From contig BCKQ01000002.1 of NCBI GenBank assembly GCA_001600695.1, positions 103,275 through 167,274 on the forward strand: a stretch of DNA of 64,000 bases. Reading direction: 5' to 3'. The notes under the pieces were generated by a model. The model had not been told where the DNA came from. It ran no database searches and was given only the letters and a program-made list of their open reading frames with translations. Positions 44,234 to 57,131 of the stretch are shown piece after piece. The translations under genes were made by a program, and so were the position numbers. The stretch's first letter is position 1; each line of letters begins with the position of its first letter. The DNA comes from Ascoidea asiatica JCM 7603. Its lineage: Eukaryota > Fungi > Ascomycota.

Positions 44234-44786
44234 GTTAAATATTTAAAGAGGTTTGGTTAAAAATTAATTGAATAGAATATATAAGAAACACAAAAAAAAA
44301 AGTGTAAAATAAATCTTGGACTATTTAAATTTCTTAAAAAAAAAATTTTCAAATTATGAAAACCATCCTTTTCTTCAATGAATTGATTAGAAATTATCAA
44401 AATTTTTGAAAGCCTTAATTAATCATTTATGTTTGTAGACCCATTACTCGTATCCAAAGTTGGGCTCGCTTATTTTGAAAAATTGCGTAACCTTAAGTTA
44501 AATAAAGTTGAACAACGGATAATAAATACCGTAATACTCTAAAGCACAAATAACGAGAGAACGGCATCCGCAAATTTGGCTTTTGGGTTGATAAAAATTG
44601 GGATTTATGAATTATGAATAAAAATTGCAAAGTGGAATAGTTTTATTTATTTTTTAACATTTTTTATTTGTGAATTAATAGGTTAACTAATTCATTTGTT
44701 ATGAGTAAGATTACATTGAAAAGAATATTCTTTTAAAAAAAAATAATTGAAAAAAACTAACTAGTGATGCCTTTTGATTTGTGAGT

Positions 44787-45560
44787 TTAATCATTGGGAG
44801 AGTCCCATTCCTCATTTTTAGGTAGTATCATTTCATCATTAGCATAGTTCATTTTGGGGTAAGAACTTTTATTTTTAAAATATTGATTTTGATAAAGACC
44901 TTGGGATTTAGAGTTTAATTTTTGAAAATTCGAATTACTTTGTTGAAAATCAAAATCATCATGTAAATTAGAAACATCATCCAGAAATGCTTCACTGTCT
45001 TGATTCTTAGAACTTAATTTGGATTTGGATTTAGACTTTGATTTTGACTTTGATTTTGAGATTGATTTTGAGCTTGATTTTGAGCTTGATTTTGATGATG
45101 CAAATATTATGGCATCATCAACAAAAGCATTATTTTGAGATTTTGAATTAATCTTTGAATTATATTCCAAATTTGAATGTTTAGATTTTTTGGCCTTTAT
45201 TCTTTGATTATTGTCCCTATTTGTTGTGTAATTATCAGTACTGTCATTTTTATCTTTACCAATATTATCCCAAGTAGAATTATCATTGAAGGTATTATTG
45301 TTACTTTCGTCAAGGTTAGTTCTGGTTGAAGAAGAACTAAGTTTTGGTTCAGAATTGACAGAAGGAGGAAGACTTAGGACAGATAAATCATTTATCAGAG
45401 AGCCATTAATTGAAAAGGTATCTTTTTTGTCTATTGATGCTTGGGTTACAAACTCGACAGATTTTAAAGTGAGAGTTCTATCAGCGACATTTGAAACAAG
45501 ACCTCTTATTCTTGTATTGTTATGAAGTAACAACTCGACTCTATAATTAACAAATTCCAT
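44787..45560 (-). CDS. EDC3: Edc3-like decapping enhancer (LSm plus FDF), apparently lacking YjeF-N
   Basis: MEFVNYRVELLLHNNTRIRGLV...INDLSVL (LSm domain); DDFDFQQSNSNFQK (FDF); NYANDEMIL. An upstream in-frame ATG at 45638 is also possible. Confidence 0.7.
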   Translation of the reverse strand: MEFVNYRVELLLHNNTRIRGLVSNVADRTLTLKSVEFVTQASIDKKDTFSINGSLINDLSVLSLPPSVNSEPKLSSSSTRTNLDESNNNTFNDNSTWDNIGKDKNDSTDNYTTNRDNNQRIKAKKSKHSNLEYNSKINSKSQNNAFVDDAIIFASSKSSSKSSSKSISKSKSKSKSKSKSKLSSKNQDSEAFLDDVSNLHDDFDFQQSNSNFQKLNSKSQGLYQNQYFKNKSSYPKMNYANDEMILPKNEEWDSPND

Positions 45561-46258
45561 TTCAAGCAAAAAATTATTGACGCCAGATTCTTTGATATTC
45601 AAAGGAAATATTTTTCTCGTTAGTACTAGAGTTTCCATTAGGAGTCTTTTTTTAAGCTGAAATAACGCTTATTTACCTATTGAAATAAATTGCTCGAGAA
45701 TCTTTCTTCCATTTATTGTTTGGTGTCTCATCGCATCTCCATAATCTAGGGGCCGTCTAGTAACAATTGAGGGTCAGGGAGATGCAACACCAATATTCTG
45801 GTACTCCTTGTAATTATGTAAAGTGTACCTCACTTCAATGGAACACGCTGCACCCATTAATTCACTAATGTCTCAAAACATGCCAATATTTGGCCTACTG
45901 CCCGGCTGGGCTTTGTTGTGAGGTCATAAGCCACGGATGTAACGGAGAGAGAGTCTTGCTCCTAACACTATCAAAAAGATAAATCCTGTAATCCCTTTAA
46001 ATTAGCATTTGTATTGAACTTCACTTTAGATTCTTGCGCTTTCTGCTGTTAAAGAAACCATAATTAAATTATTAGGAAAAAGTTTTAAATTTTAACTACT
46101 CAATTCAGGTAATTTTTTTACTAATAATTTTCATTCAAATTCTTTTGATAAAATTTTTCAGTCGATCGTGATTTGTATTTATCTGTATTTATCGGCTTAT
46201 AGAATCCAACAAATTGATAATTCAATAATTTTAAGATCAATATAATCTAATTTTAATA

Positions 46259-47470
46259 ATGGGTCTTGGAATAAATAATCCTGTTCCAAGGAGTTTAAAA
46301 AATGAAGCCTTGAAAGCAGCAAAAGTTTTAAGTTCTTTTATTAAGCCAGACCAAGTTTTAGGTGCTAGTCAAGTTATTCCCCCTGATATTTTGCAAAATG
46401 CTAAAGGGCTAGCTATAATAACAGTTTTGAAAGCTGGATTTTTATTTTCAGGTAGGGTTGGATCCGGTGTAATTGTTGCTCGATTACCTGATGGATCTTG
46501 GAGTGCACCTTCTGCAATAGTAACTGGTGGTGCTGGTGTAGGAGGTCAAATAGGTGCTGAAATAACTGATTTTGTTTTTATATTAAATTCAAGAAAAGCT
46601 GTTGAAACTTTTGCTCAAATAGGTTCAATAACGCTTGGTGGTAATGTTTCTCTTGCTGCTGGTCCTTTAGGAAGAAATGCTGAAGCTGCTGGAACTGCTT
46701 CTTTTAAATCAGTCGCTGCAATTTTCTCTTATTCAAAAACAAAAGGTTTATTTGCCGGCGTTTCTCTTGAAGGTTCTGTGATTTTGGAAAGAAGAGATGC
46801 TAACAAAAAATTTTATGGTCCTGGTTCAAACTCGAAAATTATTTTGAGTGGTAGGGTTCAAGCTCCTCCTTCATGTGAACCATTGATGCGTATATTAAAT
46901 TCTAGAGCATTTACTAATAGAGTTAGAAATGATGATTATGATGATGATGAGTATTATAATGATATTCCTACATTTTCTGAATCTGACAGTGCTAGAAGTT
47001 TTAGTCCTAGAGATAGAAGTTCAACTTTTCCTAACTCGGACAATTCTTATAACCGTCATTCATATAATAACTCGAGAAACTCTAGAAATTCTAGATATCG
47101 TTCTTATGTCAATGAGAGTGCAAGTTCTTCAGAACCGGATGACGATTTTAGTCACCGTCAAAATAGTTCTTTAAATACAAGCCCAAATAGATCTAATTCT
47201 TATCGATCTTCTGGACGCTCAAATTCTTGGGAGGATGATGTATATGATAGAAATAACTTGCATAAAACTGTTGTTCCAAAGCCTAAAATTTCCGGTTCAA
47301 CTGCCGTTGCATTATATACTTTTAAAGGTGAACAGGACGGAGATTTACCTTTCAAAAAAGGAGCTATTATACATATTATCAAAAAAACAGATAGTACTGA
47401 TGATTGGTGGTCTGGAGAAATTGATGGAGAGGAAGGAATTTTTCCAGCTAATTACGTTCGACTATCATGA
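46259..47470 (+). CDS. YSC84: Ysc84/Lsb3 actin-bundling SYLF plus SH3 protein
   Basis: MGLGINNPVPRSL, KAGFLFSGR.GSGVIVARL, KTKGLFAGVSLEGS, C-terminal SH3 ALYTF...WW...GIFPANYV. Confidence 0.93.
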   Translation: MGLGINNPVPRSLKNEALKAAKVLSSFIKPDQVLGASQVIPPDILQNAKGLAIITVLKAGFLFSGRVGSGVIVARLPDGSWSAPSAIVTGGAGVGGQIGAEITDFVFILNSRKAVETFAQIGSITLGGNVSLAAGPLGRNAEAAGTASFKSVAAIFSYSKTKGLFAGVSLEGSVILERRDANKKFYGPGSNSKIILSGRVQAPPSCEPLMRILNSRAFTNRVRNDDYDDDEYYNDIPTFSESDSARSFSPRDRSSTFPNSDNSYNRHSYNNSRNSRNSRYRSYVNESASSSEPDDDFSHRQNSSLNTSPNRSNSYRSSGRSNSWEDDVYDRNNLHKTVVPKPKISGSTAVALYTFKGEQDGDLPFKKGAIIHIIKKTDSTDDWWSGEIDGEEGIFPANYVRLS

Positions 47471-47737
47471 TTACTTCCATTTTCTTTCATTTATATATAA
47501 AATTGTAATTGGACTTCAATATCTTTCTTTTAAAATATTATGTAGATCCAAGAAATTTTATTAAAGTAAACTAATTAGAAAAAAGTTGAAATAGAAACAA
47601 AAAAAATTTAGATAAAAATGATAACAGGCAAAAAGACTATAAACTCAAAACGCTTTCAAAATTTAAGGTAACAAAATATGGGGGTTTTATTTGACGAGTT
47701 CTGCACTCGACTCATCTCGAAATATAGAAAAATAAAT

Positions 47738-49516
47738 TCAATAGTTCATAAGATTGAAGTTCTCTCCTATTTTGCAAGGTTGATTTTTAAAATTTTTTTT
47801 GTCTTGACATAAATTTAAAACGCGAGGATATAATACGTTAGGAGGACATTGCATAGGCTTGGACATTTGAGAATGATTTGCTGAAATTTTGCTAGATGGA
47901 TCCGATATATCATGAGCTTTATTAGGAATAAACATAAAAGGAAGAGGATTATAATATTGATAGGAAGCTCCAAAATATGGTTTAGAAAAGTGAGGATGCA
48001 TCATATTTTCTTTGAAGAATTTATCATTGAAGTCCATTTCATTGTCAAGTTTGGCTGGACTCCAGAGAGAGACAGAAATTCTATGGTTGTCTATAATTTT
48101 TTTATTTAAAGTATCAACTAAAGATTTTGCTTGCTTTGCATTTTTCATTTGAACAAATGCAAATCCTAAACCTTTCAACTCTTCATTAACAGGAAGTAAA
48201 ATATTTCTCACTGAGCCTGATCCATATTGAGAGCATAGTAAAGTTAAATACGTCTTATTCATTGTTTCAGCTAGATCTGTGAAAACCACAAGTGATGGGT
48301 CGCTATCGGATACATTATTTAATGTTTTATTACAGGAAATGTCCATTTTACTTTCATTTTTTTTATCTTTAGAAACAGCAATCATACAAGTTATAATTTT
48401 GTTATCAATTTCAATGTTATCTAAAGAATTAATAGCCTTTAAGGCATCTGAATTTGATTTAAAAGTAATAAAAGCCCAACTTGCTTTTAATCTTGGTATA
48501 CATCTTGAAAATACAGAAGAAAGCTGACCAAACTTTCCAAAAATAAATTTTAAGCGCTCATCTGTTATATCAATTGGAAGATTTTTAACATAAACAGTAC
48601 TAGATAAAGCAAAAGGATTAGTTTTTAGCTTTTCTCTTTCTTCTTTCGGAGTATGAACGCCAACAAAAAGTTTTGAACCTTTAATAACAGTACCATTAAA
48701 ATTATCAACAACTGTTTGGGCAACTGACAAACTTTCAAAACTAATGAAGCCATAGTTTTTCAGATGTTCCAATTTGCAGGATAAAATCTTTCCAAATGGT
48801 TTGAATAATTCATAAAACTCTCTAGTGGATAGATCACTAGGTAAATTATTGAAATATACATTTGTTCCTAAATTCATCGGATTTGCTCCTTCGGTATTCC
48901 TTAAAGAGGGCATTATTCTAATTTCCTTATCCAACAAAAAAGTATAATTCAAATTTTCTATTGCATTATTTGCACCTTCTGGATCAGAAAAATTCACATA
49001 ACCATAACCTAATGATCTTTTAGTTACTGAATCAAAGCATATCTTGACACTTGAAACAGTACCAAACTTTGAAAAGGTGCGGTACAATAATTTCTCATCA
49101 ACCTCTTGATGTAGATCTCCTACATATAATGCTGTTAATTTTGAAAAACTATAATCTGATAAAGAGTTTGAAGTGGTTGCAGAATCATGTGTTAGTCCAA
49201 AAGTTGATTGAGAAGAAGTACCTGAAAATAATCTATTATTCTGGATTGTGTCAATTGAACTTTTACGAGTATTTGATAAGGGTTCATTGGAAGACTTTAA
49301 TTTTGCAGTTGAATTTAAACCATTATTTGAACTGGCTTTGAAGCAGCTAATTATATTGATATTCTCTTTTCCTACTGGAATTGATTGAAGTTTTTTATCT
49401 TTAAAAGAATTATTGTTAATATTTTTTCCAAAGCTTTTTCTATTGGAATGTCTTTCTGGACTGTTAATAGAAATAGAGGACAAAGCAGTTCTTTGTTGAG
49501 AAGGCATGGTGTTCAT
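47738..49516 (-). CDS. PES4: Four-RRM PABP-like protein Pes4/Mip6
   Basis: ALYVGDL...SVKICFDSVTKRSLGYGYVNF...IRIMPS; four RRMs; no PABC domain; MSE sites in the promoter. Confidence 0.78.
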   Translation of the reverse strand: MNTMPSQQRTALSSISINSPERHSNRKSFGKNINNNSFKDKKLQSIPVGKENINIISCFKASSNNGLNSTAKLKSSNEPLSNTRKSSIDTIQNNRLFSGTSSQSTFGLTHDSATTSNSLSDYSFSKLTALYVGDLHQEVDEKLLYRTFSKFGTVSSVKICFDSVTKRSLGYGYVNFSDPEGANNAIENLNYTFLLDKEIRIMPSLRNTEGANPMNLGTNVYFNNLPSDLSTREFYELFKPFGKILSCKLEHLKNYGFISFESLSVAQTVVDNFNGTVIKGSKLFVGVHTPKEEREKLKTNPFALSSTVYVKNLPIDITDERLKFIFGKFGQLSSVFSRCIPRLKASWAFITFKSNSDALKAINSLDNIEIDNKIITCMIAVSKDKKNESKMDISCNKTLNNVSDSDPSLVVFTDLAETMNKTYLTLLCSQYGSGSVRNILLPVNEELKGLGFAFVQMKNAKQAKSLVDTLNKKIIDNHRISVSLWSPAKLDNEMDFNDKFFKENMMHPHFSKPYFGASYQYYNPLPFMFIPNKAHDISDPSSKISANHSQMSKPMQCPPNVLYPRVLNLCQDKKNFKNQPCKIGENFNLMNY

Positions 49517-49838
49517 TTGAGTATTTTTTTTTGCCCTTGATTATATTATATTTAAATTTTATATTTCTTTACTTTATGTTCATAGAATCATATATAATAA
49601 CTAAGATACCAATTGAAAATGGCCAAAAATACTTTCATTAAAGAAAAGTCATACATATATATATATATTTATATATATATATATATCAACCTAATTTTTA
49701 GAAACATCATTTTCTCCCATGCACAAATGAAAAATCACAAACATACTTTTAACGCTTGATAAAACAAGAGTACAGTAAAAGAATTAAAAGAAATAATATT
49801 GAAAGGAATTGAGAAAAAGGAAACTTCAATGGAAAGTC

Positions 49839-49849
49839 TTTTGTGTCAC
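49839..49849 (-). promoter_or_regulatory. Ndt80 middle-sporulation element (GTGACACAAAA)
   Basis: Consensus MSE about 325 bp upstream of PES4; further CACAAA cores near 49722, 49736 and 50004. Confidence 0.65.
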
Positions 49850-50212
49850 TAGAATTTTCTTCCAGAGAATGGATCCATCTGAATTTCTTTCACCAAAAGA
49901 ATTTTCTTTGGGTAGTTTTTTTACAATTGTGGTTTGTTTCCTTTGCTTTTGAGATTTGATGAATATCCGTTAACCGATTTTATGTATCCGAAGGTTTTGG
50001 AAACACAAAAACCGGAATTAAAGCACGTGCTATATTACTACCCTCGGATCAGCTTACTCTTATTGAAAAAAAATTTTGGTAACTTAACAAATTGTTCATT
50101 AGAATGAAAATTAAGGTATTAGTGATTCAAGAATAATTTTTGACAATTAAGGGAAAAAAAATTATATATTGGGATTTTTTAGAAACCTCGTATAGTATTT
50201 TTGTTTTAAGCG

Positions 50213-51505
50213 ATGTGCAAAGAATTGTCAGGAAAAGAAGAGAGCTTTTGTTCTGATGAAGAGGATGAGGATCTAGTAGTCGCACCTCGTGGCCACAAAT
50301 CCAAAGTGCTTTTGGGATATATAGATGTGGCTTTCAAAGATTCTGACGATGAACCTTCAATAGAGGATTCTTTTGTTGGCGGAAAACCAGTATGGCTTAA
50401 TAACTCTCCTCCAAAGGATCTAAACATTTTGAAATGCAAAATATGTTCCAAGTACATGGCTTTATTATCTCAGTCCTTCGCTCCAATAGAAGAAGCTTCA
50501 TATGAAAGGGTTATTTATGTCTTTATCTGTTTGACTAAATTTTGTCAGAGAAAACAAAAATGTGTAAAAGTCATTAAGGGAATTTTCAAAGATCCCATAA
50601 AGATGAAGAAACTAGAAGATGTAAACTCCGTAGTGTCGGATGACAAAAAAATCAAAACTGATTTAACAAAAAATTTATTCAAAGCCCATTCTTCAAATTC
50701 AAATCCTTTTGCCACAACTTCAAATCCCTTTTCAACTCCTTTATCAAATAAGCTCCAAAATTCTGAACAGTCAGTAAAATCTAGTCAAAGTCTCTTTGAA
50801 AAAAAAGATGATATCTTATGGTCCAATATACTTTCAAAATCTTCTGCCGAATCAAAAAATAAGAAGGAACCAGACCTAAATAGTAAGAAAGCAAATGCTT
50901 CCTTGACTACTTTTGAAGTTGATTCTAAATTGCCTAGTTTTCCTGGTTATTTTATATATATAGAAGATGAAAAGTTGAAAAAGCCGAAAGTTGATCCTCT
51001 TTTACAAAATTTAAAAATTAATAATGATATTTTATCTGAAAATGAGGTACAGTCAATAAAAAAATCCATTGAGCATACTTCTAAAAATGATTTTCAATCA
51101 AATTCTATTTCAAAAACAATGAATGATAAAGCTTTCCAACAGTTTCTAGAAATTACGAATTTTAATCCAAGACAAGTATTAAGATATGATTTGGGTGGAA
51201 AGCCTCTTCTTTACTCTTCAGATGATAATATTGCTGAGATTATTCAAAAGAATTTAGTGCCAAAACCAGCATTGAATCCTAGTTCGAAAAGACGTTTTGA
51301 ATTACAATTAATGCCCAAATTAATATGTGATCTAGAAACAAATTATACAAAATCACAGATAATTTCAGATGGGATGGAATGGGGCTCTATATTTGTTTAT
51401 ACAGATTCGGAAGATTTTATTAGTCCTCAACAGTTCGATGAGCTTCATGTTACGTATGTAGAGGAATGGAGCGCAGTTCAATGGGACGATGCTTTGAAAA
51501 TGTGA
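50213..51505 (+). CDS. TSR4: Rps2 chaperone Tsr4 (PDCD2-like)
   Basis: VLLGYID...EDSFVGGKPVWL, CKIC, QVLRYDLGGKPLLYS, RRFELQLMPK, GMEWG. Confidence 0.93.
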   Translation: MCKELSGKEESFCSDEEDEDLVVAPRGHKSKVLLGYIDVAFKDSDDEPSIEDSFVGGKPVWLNNSPPKDLNILKCKICSKYMALLSQSFAPIEEASYERVIYVFICLTKFCQRKQKCVKVIKGIFKDPIKMKKLEDVNSVVSDDKKIKTDLTKNLFKAHSSNSNPFATTSNPFSTPLSNKLQNSEQSVKSSQSLFEKKDDILWSNILSKSSAESKNKKEPDLNSKKANASLTTFEVDSKLPSFPGYFIYIEDEKLKKPKVDPLLQNLKINNDILSENEVQSIKKSIEHTSKNDFQSNSISKTMNDKAFQQFLEITNFNPRQVLRYDLGGKPLLYSSDDNIAEIIQKNLVPKPALNPSSKRRFELQLMPKLICDLETNYTKSQIISDGMEWGSIFVYTDSEDFISPQQFDELHVTYVEEWSAVQWDDALKM

Positions 51506-51762
51506 CTGTGTTCTCCTATAGGGCTTGAAAAATTTGCAGAACTGATCAAATGAATGCCTTTTATTGTTTTAACAATGTGTTTGCTTTTATATATTTTAAC
51601 TTGAAAAAAACATTTAAATAATTAGTGAAATTTCAACTATTATTTACTTTCGAATTTGATATTATCAATAGTTTGAGACTGTTGAACCAAATTAATTTGT
51701 ACGTAAAAAAGTATTTAGAAAACAAATATACTTATCAAATTAGTCTATTTTTTTCTATAACT

Positions 51763-54700
51763 TTAAGATTGTGGTTTTACAAATGAAGAATCTAAACCTG
51801 GAAATAAGAAAGTGACTTCGGACCAAGTTCTACCCCAAAGCTCATTTTCCGCAGCAACTAAATAATTACCAGAGCATAAGACATAAAGTATATTTTTTAC
51901 TAATTCTTCTGAAGCTTCTTTTATAATCCTATTTTTTGGTTTTCGATTTATGTGATGTTTATTGCTATGCTTAATCAAAAGTTTTATTTGTCTATCTTCA
52001 TCAATGATTAATCTCTTGATAATGTCAAGAATTGATAACCAAATGTATGACAACTCACTTTCATTTTCATTTTCTAACTTATCCTTTTTAATTGCGTTTT
52101 CATTAAGGAATTTTAAGAATACTTTGCAAAGTATAGATACCAGATCAAGTTTAGATTTATTAAATCCCTCTAAATCCATCATTGCAATTTCAGGAGTTAA
52201 AAGGTCATCGCACCACTTAAATAAAACATATTTGAAAATACCATAAACAGTTAAATATTTTATTTTTTTTATGTCTAATGATAGTAAAATATTTCCTAAA
52301 GTTGTTATTGCAAAATTTCTGATTTTTTTACATGGATTTAAAGCTTGATGTGATATAGCTTGAATTATGGAATACCATAAACTAAATTTACTTTGTTCTT
52401 CGTAAATAATAAAAGTTTCTGTATTTATAAGATTGGAGAGAGAAATTGTTAATTCAATAGATTTAATGGAAGTATTGATTATTTCCTCGTATTGTTTTTC
52501 AGACTTGGCTCCAACAGATCCTTTTGAAGAGATCTCATCCAATAGACCTAGTAAAAACATAAAATTTTCCGGAATCACATATTCGCTATAATTCTTGATT
52601 ACTGTATCTGTAAATTTATAAATGTTTCTCATATATTTTACAGAAGATGCATAGCTTCTTAAAATTTTCCAATAATGTTCATTTTGCATCAAACAGTCAA
52701 GAAAAGTTTTTTGTTCTTGCTGTTCCCATGATACATTCCGCAATAATAACGCCTTTAAGGGAATTAAAACTGCATATCCTTGTTTATCTAAAGTATCTAT
52801 ATTGATCTTACTCAATTGGCCCAATGAAACTTTCAAGAATTCTTCACTTTGATTAACCGGAATTTTACAGCTAGTAAGTAATATAAGTTCATAAGTAATT
52901 AATCTTATAAGAGTTTCTTGAGTTAAAATCAACTTTTGACTTTCGTTGAGAAGTAGGATGTTATTTACCTTGGAGGCAATTACTTCAATTATTCCATCAT
53001 TATTTGAATCTTGCGGCAAAGAAAAGCACACACATAATTCTATTATAAATAATAATTCGCTTTCAAAATATCTTTCGTTTTTCCTTGAATATTCTGGAAT
53101 TAGCTCTAAGAAGATATCTAGAAATTGCCTCATCTTGTTGCTTGAAAGTGTAGTTAGATTTATAATGATTAAATTTATGTCCTTCAAGTTAATACAATCC
53201 ATTGTGGATAAAGTACTATCAATTTCTTCACTAGTAGGCTCTGGAGGCTCGTCCGAGTAGCCTCTTAAAAGAGATGAAAGAGTTCCAAATAAACTGGTCT
53301 CTTTAGTTGAGTCCAACTCAGAATTACTTAAAGATTTATCAACTAAGTACTGAGGTTTTGGTTCCGGCAACTTTTTTAAACCACTTTTTCTTTGAAATCG
53401 AGGGAAAAATTGATTAGGGTCGATTAGACATAGTTCAAAAAGTTTCAATAAAATGCATAAAAATGATTTCCAGGAATTTGTTAAATTATTGTAATTACAG
53501 TTTCTCAAAACTCGAAAAAAAACGACTGTTGATAATTGAGCCTTATAATTTTTACCAAATGATACTGCCACTTCACTAACTGTTATCACGTCAACTTTGT
53601 TTCGTTTAACCATGATTAGATTTTTACAAGGATCCAAATCAGAATCCTCTTCTCCAGGAATTTCGACTTCTTTATTGGGCAGTTCAATTTGAGCCAATTC
53701 TTCTTCTTCAGTTTCAATTCTGATTTGAGTTATAGGAATTGAATCAGTAATATCATCCTCCTTAGAGTAATCAAAATATGCATCTTGTTGAGATATCTGG
53801 AATGCATTATTTATCTCACCACTCAGATAATTACTTTGAAGGTCAAAGCTTATTAATGTTGTAAGGCCACCAAGCTCTACTAAGATGCAATCCACAACAT
53901 CATGTAATTCAAAATAGTTAGCAATTATTGCACACTTATCAATTGTTGCTATCATTTTATTCATTATTTGATCATCCTGGGCTTCTCTGAAAATAGTAAT
54001 AAACGTTTGAACAAGTGCAAGACACAGTGATTGAAATAATAGCTTATCGAACTGGATTAAGAATGGAAAATTTTCTTCTGATGAAAGAAGATCATTAATA
54101 TCAGTATTTTTGATTTCTGTTTCAAATTTTTCATCGGAGTCAATTAAATACTCGTTTATATTTAAGAACTTTTCATCATATTTAACTTTATGAAGCAATT
54201 CATTCCACGAGGCATCAAACCATTTATTAGACCCCTCATGCTCTTCGGGTAATATTATTTCTTTCAATTTTATATCTTTATATATTGCTTCCAAGTACCA
54301 AGTAGGATAATCTTTTCCATTATATGTTCCTTTGAGATTTTTTTGAAACTCAAGGATAGTCATTTGCTTTTTAACTTTAGTGGAATGTAAATCAGTATTG
54401 AGCATAATAATCGCGTAACTTAATACAAAAACACTATCCTTATCAGGGGTAACTTGCTCTTTCTCCATATTATTTTTTGATTCTAATGATTTTTCTTCAC
54501 CAAAAGTTTTATTATATTTTTGATCTTCCACATATTTCTCTCCAAAAATTTCAACTATTCTCTCGATTTGTTGTGACTCACCAGGAAGTCTAAACTTCCT
54601 TAATATTAATCTTAAAGCCTCATCAACTCTAAGATTTTTAAAATTAAACATAAAAATAAATTCTCTCAACATTTCAATATTCTTCTTTTTCCCAAAAAAT

Positions 54701-57054
54701 TCACCTATTGCTTTTTTATTAATTATTTCGAAATTTAAATGAAAGAATCTACCTATTTTTTTATTTCTAGCTTTTTCTGAATCGTGTTTAGAAAAAAAAA
54801 TATTTTTTTCTTCAAGCAATTTAATACCTTTTATAATTGCCTTGTCATCATCAGGCTTATTGAAATTATAAAGGATAGTAAGAAATTCTGTTTTCAATTG
54901 TTTTGAACGAACCAAAGATTTAGTTAAGTTGTGAAATTTAGAATCTCTATTTATATTAGGAATATCCGTAAAAGATATATTACTTTTTTTCAAATATTTA
55001 ACCCTTAAATTTATATTTTCAATGAATTTACAGATACCATCAAGGCACATCGGAGGAACAGATTGAGTGGTAAATATTGAAGAAGATGATAAACTTAATT
55101 TATTTAAAAACAACAATAAGTTCAAAGCAAGATTTGAGTTTGAAAAATTTTTACAATCAAATTTTATAAATAAATTTAAAAAAAAAAATTGAGATCTAGT
55201 CCATAAAAGACTTAAAGATTCAATTAATCTTTCTTTGGAAATTGCAGATCTTTGTAAAGTATTGTTAGAAAAAGCAGTAATTGGAGTAACAGTATTTGAT
55301 CTTGAAAGTAATGGATCAGGAATATTTAAAAGTCTTGAATTTTCATTTTTTTCAAAAGATGTAATAGGAGCATTCTTATTTTCAATTATTGAACTATTAT
55401 TATTGTTAATACTACTGTTATTGGTAATAGAGTTATCAGAATTACTACCGACGTTATTAATTGAATTAGAAGATATCGAATCAGTCAAAAAAAATTCATA
55501 AGGTAAAATAGATTTTAATATATTATTAAAAGCAAAATGAAATTGGGCATTTAAATGATCACCTAATAAAATAAATAAAGTATTGAAACATTGTAGAGCA
55601 GAAGACAACAAATTAATATTTGTATTTGAATTTGAATCATAATCCTTATTCAAAATTATTGAAAATAAATATTTTGGCAAATTATTTTGAAATAAATAAA
55701 ATAATTTTTTTTTATAATTCAAAAAAAAATTATTTCCAACAATTTGTAGAGAAGAATTTATTAAATCTAAAGCTAATAATTTAGTTGATTCAGTATTATA
55801 ATATTTTTGTTCGGGAGATAATATTGAAATTAAAATTGATAAATATTGCTGAATCGCTGAATAATTGAATGGGGATGAATCTGTATCATTATTAATATTT
55901 GAAAATTTTTTTGAATTAAAAGTTGTGAATAGTTTAAAATTATAGGAAAATAATAATAGTTTTGATGATTGAGATAGTAAATGATTTCTTTTTTTATTTG
56001 TTGCCAAAGTTAAAGTTGTTTGAAAAATTTGAATAATTGAATTATTTGATAAATTTGAAAAATTAATTGATAAAGAGTTTATTAGAATCAAATTTAAAAG
56101 ATTAATCAAATTTAATAACACAACATCATCAAAAGATTGATCAGAAGCTTGAAATTTACAACGAGTTAAAGCTGATAATAATTCGGATACAATTGAAATA
56201 TTTAAATTATCAAGGATTAAAATTTTATAATTTATAAAAATTGATAAAGAGTTTAAGGCTAAATTTGTCAAGTAACTTGAAGTTGAAGAAGATTGAATTA
56301 ATAATAAAAAGGGTTGTAAAATAGTTAAAATATCTAAATTTTCTAAAGAATCTATGTTTAAGACAATTAGTTTTAATTCTAAAAATGCGGAAAGCAAAGA
56401 GGTATTTGAGGAAGCCGAATTTGATATTGATTTATTTGAATTTAAATTTGAATTTCTATTTAGGTTTAAATTTAGGTTTAATTTTGATTTTGTTTTTGAT
56501 TTTAATTTTTGTTTTTGTTTATGTTTTGATTGAGATTTCGAATTATTATTATTATTATCATTAGTGTTATTGTTATTATTATTATTGTTTTTATTATCAA
56601 TTAAGTAATTGATTGAATTATCTTCAGAAGATTTACTTTTAATTGAATTTAAATTTTGATCAATATCTTGAAGAATTATATTAGAATGATTTAAATTATG
56701 AGAATCATCAATTGGAAGTTCAGAAAACAAATTAATTGTATTTAAATTTAAAGTTGAAGAAGTTAATATCGAAGCAATATTTGATTGAGGAAATTTTGAT
56801 TCTTTTCTTAATTCATTGATTATTTTAAAACATTGATTTATAATTATTGTTATCGGATCCATGGATAGAGATATTGAACCTTGATTTGAATCATAAGTAT
56901 CATAAGTTAAATCTTCTTTCAAAACAGTTAAACGATTTGTAGAAGTTGGAGACATTGAAGATTGAAATAATTGAATTGATTTATGACGTTGATGTTTTAA
57001 TTTAACCATGGAATCTGTTTGATTTTCATTTTGATTATTATCATTATTATTATA

Positions 57055-57131
<77 letters not shown>

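Noticed and set aside
45800-46050. GC-richer stretch as RNase P/MRP, SRP or snRNA
   Set aside because: No recognisable conserved boxes on either strand; consistent with the divergent EDC3/YSC84 promoter
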